Positions 11,363-22,246 of a stretch of 64,000 nt of DNA are shown piece by piece. The first letter of the stretch is position 1. Each line of letters starts with the position of its first letter. The stretch lies in contig CAKKNE010000003.1 in the NCBI GenBank assembly GCA_918797485.1, positions 5,022,001-5,086,000 of the forward strand. The letters run 5' to 3'. The DNA comes from Pelagomonas calceolata (taxonomy: Eukaryota). The translations under genes were made by a program, and so were the position numbers. Below the pieces are notes generated by a model, which was not told where the DNA came from, made no database searches, and saw only the letters and a list, made by a program, of their open reading frames with translations.

Positions 11363-12800
11363 ATGACAGACGACGAGGAGCACGCGTCGCTGCTGAAGAC
11401 GAGGTCCGCCGAGGCCGCGCGGCTCGGGGCGCTCTACCACGAGACGCCGGAGGTGGCCAACCTGCGGCTGTGGTGGGGCCTCTGCTACGCCAACGCCATG
11501 GGGGTCTGCGGAATCGTCTTGGTCGCCCTCGGGTCGACGCTGAGCGCGCTCGCCGCCGACTGCGGGACGACGGAGACGGCCGTGGGCACGGTGTTCATCG
11601 CGCGCGGCATCGGCGCGATCACGGGCGCGCTCGGGTCCGCGCGGCTCTACGCGCCGCCGCGGCGCGGGAACGCGGTGATGGTCGTCGTGCTGTTGCTGCT
11701 GAGCGTCGTGCTCCTCTACATGCCCTTCGTCCGCGACGTCTGGGTGCTGCACGCCACGTGGTTTCTGCTCGGCGCGTGCACGGCGACGCTCGACACCGGG
11801 TGCCAAATCATGACGCGCAAGGTCCACGGCGTGCACGCGGGGCCCTGGCTCGGCGCGAACACCGTCTGCTTCGCGATCGCGGGCGCGCTCGTCCCGCTCA
11901 TCGAGATCGTCACGGGCGAGCTCTTCGCGCAGTACGCGACGCTCGCGCGCGGCCGCGCGGAGACGACGGCGCGTCGCGTCGATCGCGCGCCGCGAGCGGG
12001 ACGCGCCGCATCCACGGGGCGCTCCGGCGCAGGCGACCATTTCCGTGCTCAACGGCGCCGCGCTCTACGCGGCGCCGCACCCCGAGAGCCCCGACGTCCG
12101 CGCGCTCCTCCCGCCGCGCGTCGGCGTGCCGGGCGGCAAGGACGGACGGCACGCCCGGGGACCCTACCACCTCGAAATTATCTTCGGCGGCGCCGTCTTC
12201 TGGCTCATCGGCGGCGCGCGCCCGGGCGGTCGTAAATCGCCGCCGCCCCTTTCGACCGGACCGGTGCGCGCAGGTAAGGTCGACTGCACGTCGTACATCA
12301 GCACGTACGTGCGGCAGACGGGCGTCGTCGCGGCGTCCAAGGCGAGCCTCTCCGTCCTCGTGCTCTGGATCGCCATCACCGTCGGCCGCCTCGTGGGACT
12401 CCAGGACCAGATCAACCTGAAGAAACAGCCGACGCGCGCAATTTTCGCGCACCTCGCCGCGTGGCTCCTGACGGGCACGGTCGGCATGTTCGCGACGGCG
12501 GTCTTTCCCGGGCAACCCTGGGCCTTTTGGACCGGCGTCGCCCTCTACGGCCTCGGCAACGGGCCCTGCGTGGGCTACTGCTACGACCTCGTCAACCGCA
12601 TGACGGTCGCGACCGAGGAGGGCATGTCCATCGTCATGTTCGGCCTGAACTTCGGCGCCTCGCTAGTTCCCTACCTCACGACGGTGATCTGGGACTACAC
12701 GAGCTCCGGACCGGGCGTCCTCATCTGGGTCACCCTCCTCTCCATGTTCATCCCGATGCCGCTGCTCGTCGCCGCCGCGATGGTCGGCAAGGTCGACTAG
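11363..12800 (+). CDS. major facilitator superfamily transporter (MFSD4/FucP-like); GC-AG introns 11945-12032 and about 12214-12273
   Basis: About 12 hydrophobic segments; LGSTLSALA, VFIARGIGAITG, LDTGCQIM, WIAITVGRLVG, LYGLGNGP; removing intron 1 joins the two ORFs in frame. Confidence 0.8.
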
Positions 12801-13068
12801 GGGCGCTTTGGTAGGAGGGGCGAACTGGGGCCGTGGCCTGGTCACGTCGGGGCGGCCGCATATTTTTAAGTGAGTCCTTCGTTAAGTCTCCAGGCGAGTT
12901 TTTTTTCATATCTCGCTTTATTCGCCTGCCGCGGCGTGGGGAGGGGTTCCATGCCATACTAGTAGCTGGAGTGTCAAGCGGCGTGATGTGGAGCTCCGCC
13001 TCCTCCGTCCTCGGATTCTAATGTATTTATTTACCTGCCCCGCTGGCGGGCCGGGAGGTATTTATTCG

Positions 13069-13501
13069 AAGCTCCGGTTGGGTCACGGTATCCTGACTGA
13101 GCAGGGCGAAGGCTCATAGCTTGTTCCTTATTTTTTAGATCTTCCATATAGGCCTTACTGCCAGAAAAACCAGTAATCATTAATCAGCTCGGAGCCAGGC
13201 CTTCACCAACACGCCCGCGCACGCCGCGACGACTCACGCTTCTCCGACCGGCAGCAAGCTTACGTACACGCTCGCGGGGGATAGCTCCCCCGACACTTCC
13301 CCCAAAAGGACTTGATAGTAGAGAACCCGAACTCACCCTAGGGGGTCCCAAAACCCGAAATGATCGCTAGCGGCCAAACGCTGTCGACGTAGAAACCCGC
13401 GAGCTCAGGAGGCCCGGGGCTCGATCGCCAGTGATTTATCTTTAGCTTTGTCTTAGACTAGCGGCCTGTACTTAGATAGAGCAGGTAAGACACTAGCAAG
13501 C
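13069..13501 (+). mobile_element. stack of repeat fragments (family D 13069-13145, family C 13200-13305, family E 13375-13458, motif G 13458-13501) upstream of DBP4
   Basis: Each piece is the reverse complement of a piece in the 28963-29515 stack, in the same order relative to the gene. Confidence 0.75.
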
Positions 13502-13657
13502 ATAGTAGAGCAGCAAAAAAAACGCACCGGTGTGAATTTTTGCTACTGCATTGCGCGTTCTGCGCGGGGCGCAATTGATCGCTACGTGTATAGCTTAACG
13601 ATAAGTCAGCAAATCCAAAAAAAAAGGGCGATATAGACCAGGAGACGACAAAAGCAA

Positions 13658-15694
13658 ATGACGCGCTCGCCGCTGCCCGAGGCGGCGGCCGAGGTCGCGG
13701 CGCTCCGCCGCCGCATTGCCGAGTCGGCGCCGCGCCGCGGCTGGCGCCCGCCCGACGACGCCGCCGTGCGCTTCGCGACGCTGCCGCTGTCGGCGCGGAC
13801 GCTCGCGGGCCTCGCGGCCGGCGGCTTCGAGACGCTCAAGCCGATCCAGCGCGCGGCGATCCCGCACGCGCTCGCGGACCGCGACGTGCTCGGCGCGGCC
13901 CGCACGGGTTCGGGGAAGACGCTGGCGTTCCTGGTCCCGGCCGTCGAGGCGCTGTACCGCGAGCGGTGGGCGCGCGAGGACGGCCTGGGCGCGCTCGTCG
14001 TCTCGCCGACGCGCGAGCTCGCGCTGCAGATCTTCGGGGTGCTGCGCGTCGTCGGCGCGCGGCACGACTTCTCGGCGGGCCTGATCACCGGCGGTCGCAC
14101 GCGCGACTGGGCGGCGGAGCAGGCGCGCGTCGTCCGCGCGAGCCTCCTCGTGGCGACGCCCGGCCGCGCGCTCCAGCACCTCGAGGAGACGCCCGGCCTC
14201 GACGCGGGGCGCCTGCAGGCGCTCGTCGTCGACGAGGCCGACCGCGTGGTCGACCTCGGCTTCGCGCCGCAGCTCGACGCCATCGCGACGTACCTGCCGG
14301 CCGCGGGCGAGCGGCGGACGTGGCTCTTCTCGGCGACGCTCGCGGGCGTCGGCGGCGGCGGCGACGCGCGCCCGGGCGCGCGGCTCGCGCGGCTCCGCGC
14401 GCTCGCGGACGCGGCGACCGTCGAGTTCGTCGTGGCGCGCGACGACCGGGCGGCGCTCCTGCGCGCCGGCGCGCCCGCGGCGGCGGCGGCGGCGACCGCC
14501 GCGCCGACGCCGGCCGCGCTCGCGCAGCGCCTCGTCGTCTGCGCCCTCGAGGACAAGCTCGACCTCCTCTACGCGTTTGTCCGCGCGCACGTCGCGAGCA
14601 AGACGCTCGTGTTCGTGAGCACGTGCGCGCAGGCGCGGTTCCTCCTCGAGGCGCTCCGCGGCGCGCGGCCCGGCGCGCCGCTCGCCGCCCTCCACGGCAA
14701 GCAGAGCCAGGCGAAGCGCGTCGCCGTCTTCCGCGCGTTCGCGGCGCGCTCCGGCGGCGCCGTCCTCGTCGCGACCGACGTCGCGGCGCGCGGCCTCGAC
14801 GTCCCCGACGTCGACTGGGTCGTGCAGCTCGACGCGCCCGAGGACGCGGACGCGTACGTCCACCGCGTCGGCCGGGCGGCGCGGAACGGGCGGCGGGGCG
14901 ACGCGCTGCTCGTCGTCGCGCCGCACGAGCGCGCCCGCGTCGACGCGGCGCTCGCGGCGGCGGGGCTGCGCGTCGACGTCGTCCGGGCCGACCCCCGGCG
15001 CGCGCGTTCGGTCCGCGCGCACGTCGACGCGCTCGTCGCGTCGCGGCCCGAGGCGCGCGCGGCCGCCGTCCGGTGCTTCCGCGCCTACGTCCGCGCCGCG
15101 GCGCTCCACGCCGGCGCCGACGCGGCCGCGCTGCCGCTCGCCGCCTACGCGCGGTCGCTGGGCCTCCCGACGGCGCCGCGCGTCGCGCTCCCGCGGTCGC
15201 CGGCCGCCGCCGCGGACGCGCGCGAGCGCGCGCACGTCGCCAAGAACGCGAACCGCAAGCTCGCGCGCCTCAAGGCGCAGATTGCCGCCGCGAAGACGCG
15301 CGCGCCCGCGACGGCGGCGCGTGCCGGCGCCGCCGAAGACGACGGCCCGCTCGTGCGCGCGCGCGCCGGCGCCTCGGCCGCCGCCGCCGCCGCCCTCGCG
15401 CGCGCAGCCGCCGCGCCGCCGCCACCGCGCGCCCGCGCCAAGCGCCTGCGGCTCGACGCCGCGGGCACGTCGACGGCCGCCGCGCCGCCGACGCGCTTCG
15501 ACGACGACGGGCGTGCGGTCGCGCCCGCCGCGACGGCCTTCGCCGCTGCCGCCCCCCCGCGGACCGGCCCCGCCCTCGCGCACGCGAGCGACGAATTCGT
15601 CGCGCGCGTGCGAGAACGGCTCCGCCTCACCGCCGCGGGGGACCGGGCGGCCGAGCGGAACCGGCGCCAGGAGAAGAAGCGGCGCCGCCAGTGA
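13658..15694 (+). CDS. DBP4: DEAD-box RNA helicase DBP4/DDX10
   Basis: GAARTGSGKTLAFLVP, DGLGALVVSPTRELALQIF, DEAD, SAT, LHGKQSQAKR, ATDVAARGLD, YVHRVGRAAR, YARSLGLPTAP. Confidence 0.9.
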   Translation: MTRSPLPEAAAEVAALRRRIAESAPRRGWRPPDDAAVRFATLPLSARTLAGLAAGGFETLKPIQRAAIPHALADRDVLGAARTGSGKTLAFLVPAVEALYRERWAREDGLGALVVSPTRELALQIFGVLRVVGARHDFSAGLITGGRTRDWAAEQARVVRASLLVATPGRALQHLEETPGLDAGRLQALVVDEADRVVDLGFAPQLDAIATYLPAAGERRTWLFSATLAGVGGGGDARPGARLARLRALADAATVEFVVARDDRAALLRAGAPAAAAAATAAPTPAALAQRLVVCALEDKLDLLYAFVRAHVASKTLVFVSTCAQARFLLEALRGARPGAPLAALHGKQSQAKRVAVFRAFAARSGGAVLVATDVAARGLDVPDVDWVVQLDAPEDADAYVHRVGRAARNGRRGDALLVVAPHERARVDAALAAAGLRVDVVRADPRRARSVRAHVDALVASRPEARAAAVRCFRAYVRAAALHAGADAAALPLAAYARSLGLPTAPRVALPRSPAAAADARERAHVAKNANRKLARLKAQIAAAKTRAPATAARAGAAEDDGPLVRARAGASAAAAAALARAAAAPPPPRARAKRLRLDAAGTSTAAAPPTRFDDDGRAVAPAATAFAAAAPPRTGPALAHASDEFVARVRERLRLTAAGDRAAERNRRQEKKRRRQ

Positions 15695-16208
15695 TGTGCT
15701 AGAAGTAAAAGAAAGATATGCCAGCGGAGGGTCTCTGCCGCGGGCCCTTTAGGAAGCCCGGGATATTAGATCGCTAACTTGAAGCGGCTGTTACCTCCAG
15801 CGTCCACGACAGCGGAGAAATCGAATTCAGAATTTAACTATTCTGCCAGACAGTGGGTTAAAAAGAAGATGTATTTTTTTGTAAAAGGTTGCTTTGCTTA
15901 GAGCTAGGCCACCTAGCCGCGGAGCCGACGCCTCCCTGCGTGACCGCACGCCCGCCCAAGGTTACTACACCAGCCTGAGAATAGTCAAATCGGCCTCGAG
16001 TTTAAGTCTCCTCGAGTCCTCGCTGTGTGCCAGTAATGTATTCATCCGGTCGTGGTCCGCACTGGGCGCCGAGGACCCATGTCGTCGCCAGCGGACGCAC
16101 CCAGCAGGGTGGCGTTCTTCGGCAAGGATAGGGCGACTCTTCCAGCGAGGGCATGGAGCTAGGAGTATGGTGGATCCGAGTCGTTACGCACCGCGAGGAG
16201 GCGGGCCC

Positions 16209-19200
16209 TCAGCCCCCGACGAGCTCCAGCAAGGACATCATTGCCGCGAGGAACGTGTCGTAGGCCGGTGCGAGATCGTCCGGCGCGTCGCGGCGGGAGA
16301 GCGCGGCGTCGCAAGCGCCCTGGAGGTCGTCGAGCGCCGCGACGGGGAGCCAGCCGGTTGAAGCGGCCTCGTCGGCGCGCGTGGCGTCGAGGGCCGCGGC
16401 GGCGACGCGGCACGCGCGGGCGAGGCGGCCGTGGGCGCAGTAGAGCCGCACGAGCGGGCACGCGCGCGCGAGGGCGCCGCCGCGGCCGTGCGGTCGCCAG
16501 AGGGCCGCTTCGAGGAAGTCGGGCACGTCGCGGCCCCGGGCGACGTACGCGCGCGCGGCGGCGAGCGCGGCGGGCGCCGCGCCGCCGGCGGGCGGCGTCG
16601 CGAGCGCGGCGCGGAGGATCGTCTCCTTGCGCGCGGCCGGCGTCGCGCGCACGGGCGCGCCCAGCGCGCGCGCCGCGCCGCCGGCGACGAACGGACTCAG
16701 GCGGTCGGCGGCCGCGACGTCGTCGGCGCGCGCCGGCGCGCCGCCGGCCGCGAGCGCCGCGCACGCGGCGCCGAGCGAGCCCGCGACGGCCGCGTACGCC
16801 GCGACGGGCGTCGGGGCGGCGGCGGCGGCGCGGAGCGCCGCCGCGTGGCGGCCGACGCGCGCGAGCTCGACGGGCGCGTCGCGCGCGTCGCCGCCGCCGG
16901 CGACCGCCGCGAGCCGGAGCCGCGCGGCGCGCGCCGCGACGCGGCGCGCGCAGGGCGCCGCGGCGTCGAGGCGCAGGGGCGCCGCCGCCGCCGCGCCGCC
17001 GTCGTCCGGCGCGCGCGCCGCGACGACCGCGTCGGCGGGCGCCGCGAGCCGCAGGCTCGCGAGCGCCGCGACGTCGGCCGCGAGCGCCGCCGCCGCGCCG
17101 GCGGTGCCGACGCGGTCGAGCCGCGCCGCGCACTCGAGCTGGCCGCGCGCCGCGTCGGCGTGCGCGCCGCGCGCCACGCGGAGCGCGTAGAGGCACTTGT
17201 ACGCGTCGACGCCGCGGGCGAACGGCGCGCCGCGGTCGTCGCGGAGCCAGTCGGCGGCGAAGGTCGCGTCGACGGCGTCGCGGCGCGCGACGGCCTCGAG
17301 CGCGCCTTCGAGGGCGAGCGTCTCGCGCGCGGTCCGCGGCGCCGCCGCCGCGAGCAGTCCGAGGTGCCCGCGCTCGACGAGCCGCCGCGCGACGCGCCCG
17401 ACGGCGGCGTCGGCGGCGTCGAGGCCGGCGAACGCGGCCGCGTCGGCCTTGTCGAGCGCCTCGAGGGCGAGGTCCTTCGCCCACGCGGCCAGCGCCGGCG
17501 TCGCCGCGCCGACGTCCGACGCCAGCGTCGCGAGGTGGAGCGCGGCGCGGCGGTCGCCGCCGCGCGCGAGCGCGCGCGCGTCGTCGCCGAGGCCGCGCGC
17601 GGCCGCCGGGCCGGCCCGCGCCGCGCGCGCCGCCAGGCCCGACGCGTCCGACGCGTCGAGGCGCGCGCCGAGCGCGTCCGGCAGGAGCGCGCACCAGCAG
17701 GCGGCTGCGACGTACGCCGCGGCCGCGCCGCCGCGCGCGCGCGCGCCGACCGCCGCGCAGCGGTCCACCAAACCGCGCCCCGGTGCGAACAGGTCGCAGA
17801 GGGCCGCGTCCGGCGCGTCCGGCGCCGCGCGCGCACCGCCGTCCGCCAGGGCGACGCGCTGACCGCCGCCCGGCGCCGTCGACGCGGTCGCGAGGCGCCG
17901 CGCGCGAAGGGCCGCGGCGGCCGCGCCGACCGCGGCGTCCGCGAGCGCGTCGCCGCCCGCCGCGCCGGCCGCGCCCCCCAGGAGGGCGACCTGTGCGAGG
18001 ATCAACCCGTGAGCCGGGTTCTCTCGGGCATTCCTCAGGAACTCGCTGCTCGGCGACGGCGCGGCCGCGCCGGCTACGCCGAGAGACGAAGGCGCCGCGC
18101 ACTTTTGATTTCCGCACAGAGGGCGACCGCCGCGAGCGTCGCCGCCGCGGCCGCCGCGGCCGCCGCGCGCGCCGCGGCCGCCGCGACGAGCGCGCGGCGC
18201 GCGACGCGCGACGGCGCGCGCGCGCGCGCGCGGGGCGCGCCGGCCCCGCGACGGAGCGCCTCGAGCAGGCCGCTACCGCTCGGGTCTACGGCGGCGTCGA
18301 CGACGGCCGCGACCGCCGCGGCGTCCCAGGCGCCGGTCGGCGCGACCGCGGCGACCGCGGCGCGGCACGCGCGCGCGAGCGCGACGTCGGCGCGCGCCGC
18401 CGCGCGCGCCGCCGCGCGGAGCGCGTCGCCCGGCGCCGCCGCGCCCGCCGACGGCGCGACCGCGCGCGGGCCGCCCGCGGCCGCGGCCGCGACGCGCGCT
18501 ATGAGCGCGCGGCCCGCGGACGCCGCGTCGACCGCCGTGGCCGCCGCGGCGAGCGCGTGCGCCGCGGGCGGCGGCCGCGGCGCCGCGGCGAGCGCGCGCG
18601 GCCAAGCCGCCGCGTCCGGCGGCGCCGCGGCGGGCAGCGCGACGGCGAGGCCGGCCGCGAGGACGCAGGGCGGCGCGGCGCCAAGGCCGGCCGCGCCGTC
18701 GACGAAGCCCAGCGGCCGCGCGTCGGCGAGCGCCTGCGCGTCGGCGAGCGCGAGGACGCGCGCCCACGCCGCGCAGAGCGCGTCGCAGCGGTCCTCGAAG
18801 GAGGCGCCGCGGGCCGCCGGCGACCGGCGGTAGCCGTCGCGCGCGGCCTCGAGGCACGCGTCGAGGGCGTCGCCGTCGCGCGCGGCTTGTCCATCGCGCC
18901 GCGCGACGCGCGGCAGCGAGTGCGCGACCGTGCGTCGGAGCGCGGCCGCCGAGGCGCGGCCCGGCGCGCGGAGCCGCCGGAGCCAGTGCGCCTCGAGCGC
19001 CGCGGACGCGCGCGCCCAGTCGGCGTGGCCGAACAGCGCCGCCCAGGACTTGTCGCCGCGCCGCGCCCGCAACGCGCCGTCGGCCGCCGCGGCGCGCGCG
19101 CGCGCGCGCCCCGCCCGCGCCGTCGCGACGCCGGTCGCGAGGTCGTGCGCGACGAGGCACGTGCCCGCGGGCCCGTCGCCGCGCCGCCGCCACGCCGACC

Positions 19201-20236
19201 ACAGCGTGCCGCCTCGGGCTCCCGCCGCCTCGAGCTCGTCGCACGTCGCGGCGCGCCCCCCGGGCCACGCCGGCGGCGCCGGGCGCGCGCCCGCGGCGCC
19301 GTCCGCGCCGACGACCGCGCCAGCGGCCGGGGCGGCGCCGCAATCCAGAAACAGCGCGAACGCGTCGGCGCCGGCCGCGGCGACGACGGTCGCCGGGCCC
19401 AGCGCCGCCGCCGGCGCCCCCGCCGCCGGCGCGAGCGCGACGCGCGCGCGCAGCGCGCCCGTCGCGGCGGCCCACAGCGACAGCCGCCAGTCGGCGCGCG
19501 CGGCGGCGACGACGGCGCCGTCGGCCTCGCCGCACGCGGCGAGCGCCACGACGGGCGCGGCCGCGCCGCCGCCGAAGAGTCTCGTCTTCCCCGCCACATC
19601 GCGCAGCGCGACGAAGCTCGAGTCGCCCGCCTCGTCGCCGACGCGCAGCGCGCAGACGTCGCCGCTCCGGAGCGGGAAGCACGCGGTCCGCGGCGCCGCC
19701 CAGCACGCCATCGTCACGCGCTCGGGCGCGCCGAGGACGTCCTCGAGCGAGAAGGCGCGGCCCTCGAGGCGCCGCGTGCGCGCGGCTGCCGCGACGCCGC
19801 CGCCCAAGTCGACGACGTGGACGTGCGCCTGTGTTATGGCGAGCGCGACGGCGCGGCGGGCGCCGCCCCCGGCCGGCACCTGCGCGGGCATCGAGCGCTG
19901 AGCTACTGCCACAGTGGTCGACAGCATGGGCGTTTTTTCCGCGCCGGGCGGCGCGACGCGGCAGCACGCGTCGCCGCGCGCCGGCGCCGGCGACGCGAGG
20001 CGGAGCGCCACGCACGGCGGCGCGACGTCCTCGTCGTCCGCCGCGAGCGCCAGCTCGCCCAAGACGAGGACGTCGCCCGCGCAGCGCCAGACGAGCAGCG
20101 CGCCCGCGTCGTCGGCGGCGCCGCCGCCCCACGCGGCCAGGAGCCCGAGCTGCTCGCCGCGCGGCGCCGGCGACCAGGGCGTCGACGCCGCTATTGGTGC
20201 GAGGCCGTCGGCGACCGCGTAGTGCTCCATGTCCAT
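16209..20236 (-). CDS. NUP160: nucleoporin NUP160-like, extremely Ala-rich; one intron 17991-18127
   Basis: YKCLYALRVARGAHADAARGQLECAARL, PLVRLYCAHGRLARA and WLPVAALDDL resemble conserved Nup160 C-terminal blocks; the two ORFs join in frame after intron removal. Confidence 0.65.
17991..18127 (-). mobile_element. introner element (intron-forming MITE) with 8-bp TSD and 15-bp TIR
   Basis: Minus strand: GTCGCCCT-CTGTGCGGAAATCAA...TTGATCCTCGCACAG-GTCGCCCT. The donor GT comes from the TSD and the acceptor AG from the TIR. Confidence 0.85.
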
Positions 20237-20925
20237 TGTCTGAGAGCCCTTGCGATGATGCCGCGCGCGCCCAAGGACCTGGTCTTGTTTGCTTGCCTAG
20301 TGTCTTACAAGCCGCTAGCCCGTTTTTATTTTGAGAGTTTCGTCGCGGTCTTCCTCCTTTGGGCCAGTTCGAGGTGTGTCGGCCTCAAGGGCAGCCTTCT
20401 TAGGACGCGTGCGGGTTGCGTCACGGTAAGCGCAAGACAGTCAGAGTTTGCCACACGGTGTGTCCTTGTACCGGCGCTGGGCTCGAGGAGTACCCGCCCC
20501 GGGCTTGGCTCAGAGGCTCCTGAGGTTGCGTAGGTCAGTAGGATAGGATAGGAAGGGAGTTGCGGTCTAAGACTCGGAATAAGGAACTAGCTCCTAAGAG
20601 CGCTTCTCCCTGCTCAGTCAGGATACCGTGACCCAACCGGAGCTTCGAAATGGCAATAAGATAGCGATATAAAGGATTCTCAATCTCTTAGCCTGAGAGC
20701 TAGGGAAGAGCTAGGCCGCCTAGCCACCTGGCGAAACGAGCTCCGACGCGGGGCCCGTTTATCTACTTCTAGTATTCCAAGTTATAAATCCCCCATTTCC
20801 AAAGAAAGGCCAGCAGCACACATCCGAGGGCGGAGACGATGGCGACGGGACGCTAGATTGACTAAAAACGCCGTGGTTCGCCTGGACGCGCCCGCTGTAA
20901 AATGGACTGGCAAAATGCTCCTTGT

Positions 20926-21418
20926 CTACGTGGCCTGTGACAACGAAGGTAACGCAAACGCACATCCGTCGACGCACCTGGAGGAATTTTCGGATGCTCT
21001 GTAGAAGTTCCGTTTTGACCTCGTCGGGCACCGTCGCTGCGGGGCCGCGCGTCGCGCGTCGCGCGACACACAAGGAACGCACCTCGGCCGCGGGGCGTAA
21101 TTTCCGCGACTAGCTCGTCGACGGTAATCTTTTCCAGGCCTTTGCTCCGAATCACCTCTGCACAAAAGCACGTCATCTTACGGGGCGCGAGGAGCGCGCG
21201 CGCACCTTTACAATATTCTTTGAGTTCGTCCCGCCAGCCACATTCGATGAGTTTTTGCCGCAGCAGCTCCTTGAGACGCTCTTTCTCGCCGGTCTCGACG
21301 AGCTTCTGCATGATTGTCGTCCGCACAGCGTCATCCTTCTGCTTCCGCTCTTGAGCCCCCCTGTGCGCAAATGATTGCTCAGAAATTCTTTCGGTGAGGA
21401 AACGTACGCGTCGCTCAT
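20926..21418 (-). CDS. ENY2: transcription and mRNA export factor ENY2/Sus1, 4 short GT-AG introns
   Basis: Spliced [102 protein letters not shown]. Confidence 0.92.
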
Positions 21419-21493
21419 CCCGGCGTTTGGTGCCTGCGGACGTTATGAACAGCGCGCCCACAGCTATACAGAGTCTAAAGAGTAAAAGTTAAT

Positions 21494-21718
21494 GCTATAG
21501 TCAATTCGGGTTGGGGGGGCGCGCGCCTAGGGAGGGGTGTCGGGGAAGCTATCCCCCGCGAGTGTGTACGTAAGCTTGCTGCCGGTCGTAGAAGCGTGCG
21601 TCGTCGTCGCCTTGCCCGGGCGCGTTGGTGAAGTCCGGGTTCCCGCCGACGAGCCGTCGATCTTGATCCGGGCGTACTCGCGCGCCGTCTTGATGCCCCA
21701 GCGACGGTAAAGGCGGTT
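21494..21718 (-). mobile_element. family C: 5'-truncated 3' end of a non-LTR retrotransposon
   Basis: Same sequence at 29121-29369, 52056-52486, 30925-31072 and 13200-13305; the three longest copies share the end ...AATTGACTATAGC and differ in 5' truncation. Confidence 0.75.
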
Positions 21719-22246
21719 TGTCTAAAATGAATGGTGTAGCTAGTTACTCGGGTTTTGGGGGCGCTAGCACCTGGGGATGGATGCACTAGAACTATAGTAG
21801 GCAATCAAATCATGATTACCAGGGTAATTACCGGTAGTGGAAATTACCGGTAATTACCGGAGTCGATTTTTGGCTACCGGGTAATGACCCCTGGGGTGGA
21901 AAGGTAAAACGCGTGAGTCAAGGGTGGACGCGGCAGACGCGTTTTGGACTATGGGCAGGATGTGGCCAAGCCCATGCCCCAGGGGCATGTCCCACGGTCC
22001 CAAGTGAGCTTGTTACACGTCAGTCCCATTGGAAATGCTTATCTGGGTTCGGGGAGGCTGCCCGGCCCGGCTCACCGTAGTTGAGCACTTTCCACCAACT
22101 GAAATCGGGTAACTGATCGTGTCCTAAGCAAAATACCCTTCCGAGTCACGGCGCATCTACTTGCGCATCTGCTAGAGAGCCCGGCAATCGACAGTGGACG
22201 GGAGTTTACAGGCTGGGGAGGGGCGAGGGAGAGGAGGGGGGCGACA

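Noticed and set aside
12214..12273. Intron 5'/3' end pairing as euglenid-like non-spliceosomal splicing
   Set aside because: Introns keep GY-AG ends; the pairing is explained by the GCGC consensus, high GC and introner TIR remnants.
21821..21890. GGTAATTACC repeats (and GGAAATTTCC repeats at 47428-47493) as hAT subterminal sequence
   Set aside because: No matching second end, TIR or TSD found; too fragmentary to call.
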